A stretch of DNA of 31,196 nucleotides. Origin: an uncultured Actinomycetota bacterium (GTDB taxonomy: Bacteria > Actinomycetota > Actinomycetes > Propionibacteriales > Nocardioidaceae). The position numbers were made by a program, and so were the translations under genes. This document shows positions 30,951 through 31,196 of the stretch, one piece after another. The DNA is taken from positions 1 through 31,196 of the forward strand of contig CAVXHO010000035.1 in the NCBI GenBank assembly GCA_963761515.1. The letters are read 5' to 3'. Below the pieces are notes generated by a model. The model saw only the letters and a list, made by a program, of their open reading frames with translations. It searched no databases and was not told the origin of the DNA. The stretch's first letter is position 1; each line of letters starts with the position of its first letter.

Positions 30951-31196
30951 GCTCATCGGTCATCCTCGGGGTGGTGGGTCAGCAGGCGCGAGAGGGACGA
31001 CGCTCGGGCCACCGCACCTCCCCGTAACGGACCACCCACCTGACGGTTCGTTCGGACGACCCGATCTGGCTACGGTGGTCACCATCGACATGACCGAGGT
31101 GATCCTCGCGACCATGGTGGTTCCGCAGCAGTTCGTCGCCCTGTACGCCTCCACGCCGGTCGGCTCCCGACATGGCGGCGATCGCCGCGATCTGGG

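Larger units (their letters stand above)
27716..31196. repeat. Degraded inverted (reverse-complement) copy of 24120..27715. It forms a giant imperfect palindrome with that arm, centred at about 27715.
   Basis: Example 1: 27727-27800 is the reverse complement of about 27600-27690. Example 2: 28690-28760 encodes on the minus strand DLGDDDDDDFNDPDERLRIAMA, a copy of the sulfatase C-terminus. Example 3: 30760-30830 encodes a copy of NVLIVLLDDVGFGASSAFGGP. Example 4: 31040-31196 copies the hemerythrin gene 5' end. Overall identity is about 85% with many small indels. Confidence 0.85.

Overview
High-GC (about 72%) actinobacterial chromosome segment, Nocardioides/Mycobacterium-like in gene content. 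The left two-thirds has synteny with the M. tuberculosis Rv2124c-Rv2141c neighbourhood. It runs: metH (-), PAC2-family (+), mshC (-), then an mshC-linked co-oriented set on the minus strand (class-A beta-lactamase-like serine hydrolase, SCO1664-family, DUF3090, frameshifted histidine phosphatase). It continues with corA (+), uppP (-), an aldo/keto reductase plus DUF5703 (+), a fused TPP-dependent E1 alpha/beta dehydrogenase and M20 peptidase (-), and tRNA-Leu(GAG) (+). Right of the tRNA the content looks more accessory or regulatory. It holds an SRPBCC protein translationally coupled to an orphan cytochrome b (QcrB paralogue), a CDF metal exporter, a LuxR-type regulator, three paralogous GAF-ANTAR RNA-binding regulators, a two-gene family-1 encapsulin operon (hemerythrin-like cargo with a C-terminal GSLGIGSLKG targeting peptide, then the shell protein), and an arylsulfatase / GAP-family membrane protein / formylglycine-generating enzyme (FGE) set. 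Structural oddities: from about 27716 to the window end the sequence is a diverged (about 85% identity, many indels) reverse-complement copy of 24120..27715. This forms a giant imperfect palindrome that truncates FGE, and is most likely a fold-back assembly artefact or a decayed inverted duplication. Several otherwise conserved genes carry single-base frameshifts (histidine phosphatase twice, uppP once, arylsulfatase twice). A 24-nt perfect palindrome (CTGCGGTTTGGGACCAAACCGCAG) occurs in tandem pairs at two convergent gene junctions. The long ORFs antisense to the real genes are treated as high-GC artefacts.
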